From Truepera sp. (lineage in GTDB: Bacteria; Deinococcota; Deinococci; Deinococcales; Trueperaceae): a stretch of 64,000 bases of DNA. Every line of letters starts with the position of its first letter. Position 1 is the first letter of the stretch. Below the pieces are notes generated by a model that was not told the origin of the DNA, made no database searches, and saw only the letters and a program-made list of their open reading frames with translations. Shown in pieces: positions 53,107-61,555 of this stretch. The position numbers and the translations under genes were made by a program. The stretch spans positions 1 through 64,000 of the forward strand of contig CBDCKW010000005.1 of the NCBI GenBank assembly GCA_965218435.1, in the 5' to 3' direction.

Positions 53107-53922
53107 TCAAAGCTCAGACCCTCCTCCGCGAGAATGCACGCGCGTATAGTGCGCCTTAGCTTTGCCGAGGCGTCGCCAGAGGTCGGGGTCAATAGGGATA
53201 GGCCGGACACTCCCGCTAGCGAGCGAGTAGAACGCCCCGTGATAGGTCAGCGTCCCGTGCCGCAACAGCTGCCAGAGCAGATTTAGAATAGTTGTTGCAG
53301 CGAAGTCGTTGACCAGTAGGTCTTGCTTTGTAAGCGCCTCGAGCGTGCTACAGCTGGGCAGGTCGTCTTCGGGAATACGCGTGTCGCAGAGTTCGGGAAA
53401 GAGTTCGTACGCGATGCGTAGGCGCTCTTGCTTCCGGCGATTGTAGTAGCCCAGGGGTTGTCCCAGCACGACCTGACCGGTGCTGGCAAGATTCCCGGCA
53501 GAGACGTGGTAGACGACCCGGTGGAGCCCCCCTGCAATCGTTGCCCTGGCTGCGCGTGTATCTACGCAGTCAATCACTAGCTTGGGGGCGTCGTAGGCGT
53601 CGGCGCAGCCTCTATCGAGGTTCTGCGGCTGCGCCCGCCAGTCGAGGCCACACGAAAGGTTGAGGCGGTTGATCAAGACCTCGGCTTTATTGAGACCCAC
53701 ATCTGATGGGTAGAAGCTCTGCCGGACGAGGTTACTTTCGCTTACGGTGTCGCCGTCGGCGAGGACGACCTCGAGGCCGGGATAGCCGAGCGCCCGGAGA
53801 CCCTGGTGGATGTTCTTGAGGCCGACGACGACCTTCGAGCCTGTCCCGCCAGCACCCACAACGAGCGTTCGGATGGGCATTCTGGAGTCTTGAAAGTACG
53901 GGTGCAAGGTGTGGCTAAGCAT
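53107..53922 (-). CDS. PRTRC-system ThiF (E1-like) protein
   Basis: VVGAGGTG, DGD.V.ESNL.RQ, DCVD..AR, DDLPSCS.LEAL..Q. Confidence 0.9.
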   Translation of the reverse strand: MLSHTLHPYFQDSRMPIRTLVVGAGGTGSKVVVGLKNIHQGLRALGYPGLEVVLADGDTVSESNLVRQSFYPSDVGLNKAEVLINRLNLSCGLDWRAQPQNLDRGCADAYDAPKLVIDCVDTRAARATIAGGLHRVVYHVSAGNLASTGQVVLGQPLGYYNRRKQERLRIAYELFPELCDTRIPEDDLPSCSTLEALTKQDLLVNDFAATTILNLLWQLLRHGTLTYHGAFYSLASGSVRPIPIDPDLWRRLGKAKAHYTRVHSRGGGSEL

Positions 53923-54634
53923 GAAAGAGGTCTCCGAGTGTTTCAGTAAGGGGAACCAGCTGCTCAGTAGGGAAGTGGCCCTCTTCTCTGACCCGCTGCC
54001 AGAGTTCGCCCATCGTGCCGCCCCAGTTGCGGTAGAGCAAGTTCGATGAGCCGTGAGTAAAAGCCGAGGCGAAAAAACCGCTCGAGTACCCTGCGGTGTC
54101 TTTCACACTCAGCGTGTCAGGTAGCGACGTTGACCCTAAACAGACGCCGCTAGTCGAAGTGTTCCAATAGGGCGCAGTGTAGAGCCTCGAGGCTGCGGTG
54201 GGGCGTTCATCGTTGTCTAAAGCCAGCACCCGCAGGCTTCTGTGACCTGCGATAAAGAGCAGGGGAGACTGCGGAAAACTCGAGCCCGAAAGCTGCGTGA
54301 GCAGGGGGTCATTACATGCATAAAACATCACCCGCTCCCTAGCAGGCTCGAACCACACGAGGTTCTCGTTGTTGGCGGCCAGGACGTGCGGCGGCAGCAG
54401 CTCGAGGCCGGACACCGGACTGAGGGCTTGAGAAAGTTCACGGACGGCCTCGACGTTTGCGAGGGTGCCTGGCTCGAGCATAGGTGTCGCGCCGTCGTAA
54501 CGCACTGTGTGGACCGACGCGAAGGTGTCTGCGGGTGCGCCGTAGGTGTCGCAGGCATTTTCGTAGATCAAAATGGCCTTTTTAAGCATGACCTCGTTGT
54601 GATAGCCGAGTTGTACCTGCACGTCGATACTCAT
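53915..54634 (-). CDS. PRTRC-system protein B (prokaryotic E2 family D)
   Basis: LY.AP.WN..GVCLG, FFASAFTH. Confidence 0.88.
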   Translation of the reverse strand: MSIDVQVQLGYHNEVMLKKAILIYENACDTYGAPADTFASVHTVRYDGATPMLEPGTLANVEAVRELSQALSPVSGLELLPPHVLAANNENLVWFEPARERVMFYACNDPLLTQLSGSSFPQSPLLFIAGHRSLRVLALDNDERPTAASRLYTAPYWNTSTSGVCLGSTSLPDTLSVKDTAGYSSGFFASAFTHGSSNLLYRNWGGTMGELWQRVREEGHFPTEQLVPLTETLGDLFHA

Positions 54635-55803
54635 GCCATCGCCTCCAGGGCGTAAAAGAGTGCGTTCGTCTGTTCGAGGATGAGCCTACACACCGTTAGG
54701 GCGTCTTTTAGAGTCGTCAGCGTTTCGGGATCGTCAGGGTCGAAGCCAAGGGCGTAGGTTGGTTGAAAGTCCGTTCCCGCCTGCCAGATCTGCTGCTCAT
54801 ACTCGCCGTAGACCTCCCGCACCAGGTCGTGGTCGCCGCCAAGCGTGACGATAACGCCAAAAGGCAGTTCGCCCTCGATCAGGTCGTCAATGTGCCGGTC
54901 GCGTTCAGGGAGCGCCCCTTGCAGTTCAGCAAGTTTTTCCAGCGCTGTGATGATGGGCAATGCCTGCTCGAGCTTCTCAGTGCAGAGACCCCTACACCTC
55001 TCGAGGCTTAAAGCGCCGTGTTCCTGGTAGCGGGGCTCGAGGCGCGCATCGACCTTTTGGCTGGTCAGGAAGTGTTCCTGGGCGTAGGCAACGACATCCT
55101 CGTGGGTAAAAGCTTCTTTCCTGTCGCTGAACTGGTACCCGAGTTCTTCCTCGGCTTCTTCCAGCAACATACTGTCGTCGTCCATTCCTTGCCAGTAGTG
55201 CCAGCGGATGATGTCTTTGGCGACTTCGGGTGTAAACGCCGGGGTCAGGTCGAGCGTGCGGTAGACGTGCCCGAGGATGCTCGGGCCGAGCTGCGGCTCC
55301 AGCTTGTCGAACGCCGTCGCCGCCGCGTCAAAGGAGATGACCGGAACGCCGCCGACGAATACCAGCAGGTAGTGACGCCCTTGTTCCTCGAACTTTGCGA
55401 CCCGAAATGCGAGGTCGAATCCCGGATAGCCGAGGCTGTTGCCGAGCGTTCGGGTGATGGCCTTCTCGATGAGTGCGTTCGGGCTGCTGTAGGGCGCGTC
55501 GTCGCACTCGTGGACGAGTCCGACCTCGAGTAGCCTCAGCGCGAGCTGAGCCGAGGCAGCCTGCTCATTGTCAAGGCTGTAGTGCGAGGGGACACCCTCC
55601 AGCCGGGGAAGCGCTAGTCCAGCATAGGCAGGGAGGATGAAGGTGGGCGTTTGGCGGGTTTTCCTGTCCGACTGCTCAGCCGGGCGAGAAGCTGACCGAC
55701 GGCCTGCGCGTGCGGGTCCTTGAGGTAAGCCTGCACGAGGGGTGGGTTGTGCGTTTTGCCCGAGGTGCTCCGGGCGAGTTTCTCTTCGAGTGGGGACACG
55801 CAT
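54631..55803 (-). CDS. PRTRC-system protein F-like
   Basis: Operon position (F-B-ThiF, overlapping stops/starts); LALPRL.GVP, WQGMDD acidic motif. Confidence 0.65.
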   Translation of the reverse strand: MRVPTRRETRPEHLGQNAQPTPRAGLPQGPARAGRRSASRPAEQSDRKTRQTPTFILPAYAGLALPRLEGVPSHYSLDNEQAASAQLALRLLEVGLVHECDDAPYSSPNALIEKAITRTLGNSLGYPGFDLAFRVAKFEEQGRHYLLVFVGGVPVISFDAAATAFDKLEPQLGPSILGHVYRTLDLTPAFTPEVAKDIIRWHYWQGMDDDSMLLEEAEEELGYQFSDRKEAFTHEDVVAYAQEHFLTSQKVDARLEPRYQEHGALSLERCRGLCTEKLEQALPIITALEKLAELQGALPERDRHIDDLIEGELPFGVIVTLGGDHDLVREVYGEYEQQIWQAGTDFQPTYALGFDPDDPETLTTLKDALTVCRLILEQTNALFYALEAMA

Positions 55804-55826
55804 AAGCCTCCTTTGGCAGATAAATG

Positions 55827-55848
55827 CAGGGCAACCGAAGTTGCCCTG
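55827..55848 (-). other. 9-bp stem with cUUCGg tetraloop upstream of protein-F RBS
   Basis: Minus strand CAGGGCAAC-TTCG-GTTGCCCTG. Confidence 0.6.
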
Positions 55849-55928
55849 GAAACTTATACCCAGGTTCTAAATGCACATTACGGCTTGGCTGAGACTGACT
55901 TTAAGCTGCACCTCGAGCCGTGTGCCAA

Positions 55929-56414
55929 TCAACGTCCTTCATTGGCAAGTCGTGCGTCGAAGCGGAAAGACCGGGGAGCCTCGATGGTCAGCTCTGTGAA
56001 CTGCGGGTGTTCGGGGTTGAGCAGATAGTTCCGTTCCTCGGGCACGATGACGCTGGGGACGGCTAAGGCGACGCTCGCCTGCGCCGCCAGCCACGCATCC
56101 CCAACTCGCCTCGCACCGTCGCTGACCGCCCTTACCTGCCAGTCTTCGGGCAAGTCCTGCTGGCGCAGCTCGAGAACGAGCCGTTCGGGAATCGCGAGCT
56201 TGAAAACCACGTACTCCCGCTCGAAGCGCCGCCTGTCGGCGTGAACCAGCGTTTCCAGCGCGGCGAGTGACAAACTCCCACTGACGTAGACAACGCGTCT
56301 ACCCGGTGTGTTCCAGCGTCCGCCGAAACGCCGTGCGCCTTCACCGTTAAAGGCGTCGGCTCGGCTGCCATACCTGGATCTGACGAGTCGCCAAGCCGTG
56401 AACACCTCAGCCAC
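55929..56414 (-). CDS. RES-domain toxin
   Basis: WRL, GGRWN, Y.S.SLSLA.LE, VPS.IVP.E.NYLLNP.H. Confidence 0.93.
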   Translation of the reverse strand: MAEVFTAWRLVRSRYGSRADAFNGEGARRFGGRWNTPGRRVVYVSGSLSLAALETLVHADRRRFEREYVVFKLAIPERLVLELRQQDLPEDWQVRAVSDGARRVGDAWLAAQASVALAVPSVIVPEERNYLLNPEHPQFTELTIEAPRSFRFDARLANEGR

Positions 56415-56434
56415 AAAGGTCGTTGAAACGCCGG

Positions 56435-56869
56435 TTAACTGTAAATGCCGTAGTCGATCCGCCCGAGCAGGTTCTCGACCTCTCTTGCGCCGATCTCGGT
56501 ATCGGCGTAGCCCAGCGGCGTGAGGTTGCCCAGGCTCAGATTTGGTGTTTTAAGCCACGCCGCTGCGTCACCGACGTCTTCAAATACCTGTGCGGCGCGC
56601 TCGAGCAAGTTGGCCAGGCGGAGTACGTGTTCGCTTTCGTCCGGGGCCAACCGGCCTGCACGCTTACGGCGGGTCAACGTGGTTCCGCTGATTCCTGCCA
56701 GGTTTGCAAGCATCGCGTCGCTGACGCCCAGTGCCTCAGCGAGCGTGCGAAAGACCTGAATGGGCAACCCGCTCCTTACGACCTCAATCAGGTCACGTGG
56801 GCGGTTCGTCAGACCTAACGTCTGTAAGACGCCCGTTGACCGAAACGGGGGGGGGACAAATGCATCCAT
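56435..56869 (-). CDS. Xre/MbcA/ParS antitoxin (leaderless)
   Basis: TLTRRK..L..DESE, A..WL..PN..LG..PL, LGRIDYG. Confidence 0.93.
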   Translation of the reverse strand: MDAFVPPPFRSTGVLQTLGLTNRPRDLIEVVRSGLPIQVFRTLAEALGVSDAMLANLAGISGTTLTRRKRAGRLAPDESEHVLRLANLLERAAQVFEDVGDAAAWLKTPNLSLGNLTPLGYADTEIGAREVENLLGRIDYGIYS

Positions 56870-57000
56870 ATGGTTAGTTTAGCATAGCCATGTGAACCGT
56901 AGCAAAAATTTTTGAAACCAAGAAGACGTTTGCAGGTCGTATATACGCATGTAAGGGTTGTTTATACTTTTAGGTGCGAGGATGGCAGGCTGTCGTGCTG

Positions 57001-57453
57001 TCATGGTCGTCGATACTCCCAGATGCTCACGGTGTCGGGCAATGTATCCAGCAGTTTGAGGACTTGGGCTCGAGGTAAACCGCCCTGCCCGATACCAGGG
57101 AAGTTGAGGTAAACCTGTGCTGTAGGGTGGCACTCGCACCAGCGTCGTAGCTTGGTGGCCGCCTCGCTGATAAGGCTGAGCTGGGCCGGGTCTTTCCAGT
57201 GCAATTTCGTCTGAAACGCCCCAAGTCTCGCCTCGGGCCAGCGCGGGCTCACGAGCAGCCCGTAGTGTTTACCTTGCTCGAGAACGACTTTGCCGAGTGC
57301 TTGGTCGAGACCAGGGAAGCGGTCACGGGCTTCTTTAGCAATACCAGCTCCCATCACGAGCTTGCCTTGCAAGGTCAAGGTCGCATTGGCCGCAATGAGA
57401 AAGAGGTCGGCCTCGGAAAAGACCGACCACATATCGCCTTGGCGCAGCTTCAC
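57001..57453 (-). CDS. Stand-alone macrodomain (ADP-ribose-binding/hydrolase) protein
   Basis: GD, N, VMGAGIA, F.TK.HW, PGIG.GGL; GGAGG RBS. Confidence 0.8.
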   Translation of the reverse strand: MKLRQGDMWSVFSEADLFLIAANATLTLQGKLVMGAGIAKEARDRFPGLDQALGKVVLEQGKHYGLLVSPRWPEARLGAFQTKLHWKDPAQLSLISEAATKLRRWCECHPTAQVYLNFPGIGQGGLPRAQVLKLLDTLPDTVSIWEYRRP

Positions 57454-57633
57454 GTTGCACCTCCTTGAAGCTATGCTGCACCCTAAAGTGCAAAGCTGCT
57501 TTATGAGGTTGTAGCAAGGCGGCTTTGGAGCCGCTTGCAAGAGGGTATCGAGACGTTTCTACAGCGTTTTGGAAAAGACTTTTCAGGCATGGCAGACCGA
57601 CGTCCTTTTGGAAATCTTAGCCCCAGAGTAAAC

Positions 57634-60023
57634 GCTGGGTAAAGAAGTGGCATTACTGCCACTCCCTCCCCTAAGAACCGGACGTGCGAGTTTCCCCGCA
57701 TCCGGCTCAAGCTGTTCAAAGCCCCGGTGTTGGGGCCAGTTTCACAGCGTCGAATCGTCGGCTATGAATCTGACTATGGCAGTTGGGATGGATCATCAGC
57801 AAGTTGGATTGTCGATTATCACCGCCGCTGGCTCGTGGGATAATGTGATGGACATGCCATCCCTGTTCTCCCGTAAGCTTTTGGCGGCATACCGGACATG
57901 TTCCTCCTTGTTTTAGCCAAAGGGAACGCAACCTCTGTCGTCCGTCTAGTGAGGTCCTCATTTTGAAGGTCAAACGCTCTTCAAAGTAGGCTTCCCACCG
58001 GGGGTCGAACGGGTTGGCCTCCGTTTTGACCTTGATGTGTCGCTTAATGGGTACGTCGCCTGCGTTAAACAGTCTTGTCCATTGAGGCGTTCCATCGTTT
58101 AGGGTTTCCCCTGTTTTCGCCGCGAATACCCAGTTCCGGCTTCCCTTAGAGATGAAGTATTTATCCTTCAACCAGTGAGTGCCTTTGCCAGGATGACGGC
58201 GTTTTATCCAGCGCCATAGGGTTTGCCAAAGCTCTTTATTCACTGACTGAAACGTTTCGCTAGCAACAACATGTCTGTGATAGTTTGCCCATCCGCGTAT
58301 CACCGGGTTGAGTTGTTTAATCACATGGCTTTGTTTTGCCGTTGGCTGACGTTTCACGATTTCTCTGACTTTATCCAAGAACGTCTTGACGCTCTCTTTT
58401 GACGGCTTAATGAGTAGCTTGCCGTCGTACTTGCGGATATTTTGCCCTAAGAAATCGAACCCCTCTTCGATATGGGTGATTTTGGTTTTCTCTTGCGAGA
58501 GTTCCAAACCCCGAGCTGCCAGAAACTTGGTAATCAGGGGTTTAACTTCATTTTCTAACAACTCTTTTGAGTAGCCAGTCACAATGAAGTCGTCTGCATA
58601 CCGAATCAGATTGACCTTCTAGGTGAATCGTTTTCCATCAACCGTTTTCCGTTTGAAGCCTTTGGTTAACAGGCATTCGAGGTCATCCAGGGTCATATTC
58701 ATCAACGTTGGCGAGATGGGGCCGCCCTGCGGTGTCCCTGCCTCTGTTGGGTAGAGGGTCTTGTTGTCAATGAACCCAGCCTTCAGCCACTTGCGGAGCG
58801 TTACCTTGTCCGTGGGGATATGGTTCAGCATCCACTCGTGCTGAATCGTGTCGAAGCAGGCTTTGATGTCACCTTCCAGAATCCACTGAGCAGACGCTTT
58901 TGTTCCGAGGGAGTTAAAGCACCCTTCAATGGCGTCTGCCGTGCTTCGTTCTGGCCTGAACCCATACGAGTTCTTATCCGCTGTGGTCTCCGCGACGGGT
59001 TCGAGAGCCAGCAGGTAAAGTGCCTGCATCGCTCTATCCTTCATCGTGGGAATACCCAGCGGGCGCATCTTGCCATTGCTCTTAGGGATCCCGCCTCAGC
59101 GGGCTTGGTTTGTAACCATGCCGTTTGAGGGACACGATGGCTTGAGATTTGGCCGCCGGGGTGGACCAGGTTGCCCCGTCTACACCCGGCGTGTTCTTGC
59201 CTTGATTCTCCGTCACTCGCCTGACAGCTAAAGCTTTGGCCGAGAACGAGTGGGTCAGCGTCCACTGCAAGGCTTTCACCTTGCCATGTCGGCCTTCCTG
59301 TGTCGCCTTTACAATACGCGCCTGGAGTTTCCTCACCGTTTGGTAGCACTTGGCCCAGTCGATGCTGTGCCAGTCCACGTTTGAGTGGGAGGATGCACAC
59401 GCTTTAGCGTTCATTTGCCTTTCCTCCTTAAGAGATTCTTCAAGCTCCCTTGTAACGAACAACCATACGGAAGTCTGCCCGCTTTCGCGTGGGGTGATGT
59501 CGCGGCTGCTCAACCCCTATCTGCCCCATTACAGAGCAGCGTTCGCTTTCTCCGCGCTCCTCTACCCACAGCCCTATCGGCCCGCCTTGCGGCTTGCTTT
59601 CCTTTACAGGAGGACTATGGGCTTACCGTGTTTCATCTAAGTAACAACGATGGGTTAGACCCTGCCTCTTCACCGGTGGCCGTTTTATCCGTGTAACCCC
59701 AGCCAAGAACAGGGTTAACTGAGCCACGTACCTTTTGGTTCAAGCCTGTCAGCGTCTTTGGCTTGTTCTTGATGACGATGTTTATCAGCAGTTCACATGT
59801 GTTGGTCATACCATCGAGCCCAGTCCCCTGACCGCTTTACGCTAGCAGCCAACGCTTTTACCTCACGGTTCGTGCGTAATCTTTCGATTCGGGTACTCTT
59901 TTCTCGGCAGCTTCACACCAGAGCGTTACCACCCTCGCATGTGCCGATAGGCTACTGTTGACGGAACAACAGGTTTTGTCGTCAGAGACGCAAAACAATT
60001 ACTTAGACGACTTCACGTCGCAC
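57634..60023 (-). mobile_element. Group II intron (IIB, EcI5/CL1-like)
   Basis: 5' GTGCGACGTGAAGTCG at 60023; domain V GAGCCGGATGCGGGGAAACTCGCACGTCCGGTTC and domain VI ending ACCCAGC (3' end approximate). Confidence 0.9.
57716..59414 (-). pseudogene. ltrA: Intron-encoded RT/maturase/HNH protein, inactivated
   Basis: TPGVDG, RPLGIPT, GTPQGG, YADD, HNH; frameshift near 59085 and in-frame TAG at 58619. Confidence 0.92.
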
Positions 60024-60031
60024 CCTGACCT

Positions 60032-60580
60032 TCAAGCCGCACGGAGCACCTCCACCTCGGGCAGCTCGCCCGCTACCAAAGCTTCCCTGACGGCTTTCTC
60101 CAGGTTGACGACCGCGAGCTTGAGTTCGTAGGCGTGAAGCCGCTGCGAGCGGAGCTTCTTGACCATCTCCTCAGCGAGTGCGTGCTCCCACAGCCAAGTC
60201 TTCCACGACTCGTGGAGCGGCAGCCGGAGCTGTTTGGACAACAGTGTGTAGAAGCGCCCCGGCAGGTCCTCTTCGTGTTCGCAGATGACCAGCTCGCCGC
60301 GCAGCACGGTTTTCGAGAGCAGGAGGCCGTGAAACGCGCCGGACGGGAGGCGTTCGGTCAGCAGCTTGCCGCCGTCTCGTGGGTTCATGCGGACGCTGTA
60401 GGTCCTCACCTCGTTATGGAGGACGGTGGTTTCGCCTTTCATGAGGCGCGCCCAGATAGCCTTGACCGCCTCGCGTGAGCCGACCAGCGATAGGAGGTGA
60501 GCGTAGCTTTCTCTGCCGGTGCCGAACACGGCCTCGTCGACGTGACACGCAAAGCCTTTGGTCTTTAGCAGCGGGACCAC
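60032..60580 (-). CDS. Mobile-element hypothetical protein of the type found upstream of DUF6094 genes
   Basis: LLSLVGS..AVKAIWA.L, LPLH.SW.WLW; family link is from recall, not a search. Confidence 0.6.
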   Translation of the reverse strand: MVPLLKTKGFACHVDEAVFGTGRESYAHLLSLVGSREAVKAIWARLMKGETTVLHNEVRTYSVRMNPRDGGKLLTERLPSGAFHGLLLSKTVLRGELVICEHEEDLPGRFYTLLSKQLRLPLHESWKTWLWEHALAEEMVKKLRSQRLHAYELKLAVVNLEKAVREALVAGELPEVEVLRAA

Positions 60581-60584
60581 GGCT

Positions 60585-60755
60585 TTACCGTTCGGGCCAG
60601 AGCGACAACCAGCGAGTACCGTAACGTGCGGCGGCGCGCCGATGTGCGGGACGAGCCGCGGAGAGTGTCGTAAAGCGCCGGGTGCAGCCTGTTTTGCGGT
60701 AGGTGAGCACCCAACCTTTTGCCTGTCCAGCTATCGTATGGGCGACTTGGTTCAT
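60585..60755 (-). CDS. Small basic hypothetical protein (56 aa)
   Basis: AAAGGAAGG RBS; MNQVAHTIAGQAKGWVLTYRK...LWPER. Confidence 0.5.
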   Translation of the reverse strand: MNQVAHTIAGQAKGWVLTYRKTGCTRRFTTLSAARPAHRRAAARYGTRWLSLWPER

Positions 60756-60948
60756 ATGAGGCACCTTCCTTTCGAGAAGTTGCCCCCATGCTGCTCGTGT
60801 TAGCGAGCGTCCTTTTTAAGTTGTAGGCGAGCTTAGCGTTCAGAATTGGTTGTGCGTCTGCTTGCGGCGCTTGGTCCGGCGAAAGACGAACCACAAAGGA
60901 AACGACACGAACCAGAAGAACGTCAAGCCCGTGTCGACGATGCTTTGT

Positions 60949-61440
60949 CTAATTGAGGTTCCCCTGCGCCGCTCGCCTTTTGAGCAGCCCGTCGATACGC
61001 CGGACGATGCTGTCAAGCGTCGCCTGCGCTTCATTGGAGTCTTGCAAGCTCACCTGCACGTCGTTCTCGCCGAACTCGAGCCGGGGCTCGCCGTTACCCA
61101 GCCACTCACGCACGAAGGTCAAACCCTGCACGTAACCGCTGAGCTGCGCGACCTTGGTCTCGAGGGTCAGGTAGAGCGCCAGTTCATCTCGCTCGAACGC
61201 TCTACTACGCTCGGCCTTAAGGCGTTCGAGCGCGATCTGAGCGTCTTCGAGGCTCCGGTCGAGTTCAGGCAAGATGCCGTCCAGTTCGTCTAAATCGTCA
61301 CGGTAGCCTTCACCTGGCAGCGCGCTGCCGAGGATAAACACCTCATCGTCCGCTTCATAATAGACCTGGCGTTTGACATCGTGCTCGTCCTCGGTCTCGA
61401 ACAGCCCGTCTCGGTCTTTATCTTTCATGAGCTTTAGCAT
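60949..61440 (-). CDS. Acidic coiled-coil hypothetical protein
   Basis: GAGGAG RBS; heptad-rich helices. Confidence 0.7.
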   Translation of the reverse strand: MLKLMKDKDRDGLFETEDEHDVKRQVYYEADDEVFILGSALPGEGYRDDLDELDGILPELDRSLEDAQIALERLKAERSRAFERDELALYLTLETKVAQLSGYVQGLTFVREWLGNGEPRLEFGENDVQVSLQDSNEAQATLDSIVRRIDGLLKRRAAQGNLN

Positions 61441-61555
61441 AACGTTGTCTCCTCGTTTGGGTGTAAGAAAGGGAGAAGAACCTAAACCAGGTTTAGGTTC
61501 AGGTTCTTCGTCGACACGTTATACGAGATAACGTGCCCGCCTGAGTGCTCAGGTC

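Noticed and set aside
10756..58621. Stop-codon recoding to explain in-frame TAG/TAA
   Set aside because: Both stop types occur, alongside frameshifts, and TAG terminates many intact genes
57716..59414. Retron, DGR or defence reverse transcriptase
   Set aside because: Maturase and HNH domains plus intron 5' end and domains V/VI identify an ordinary group II intron
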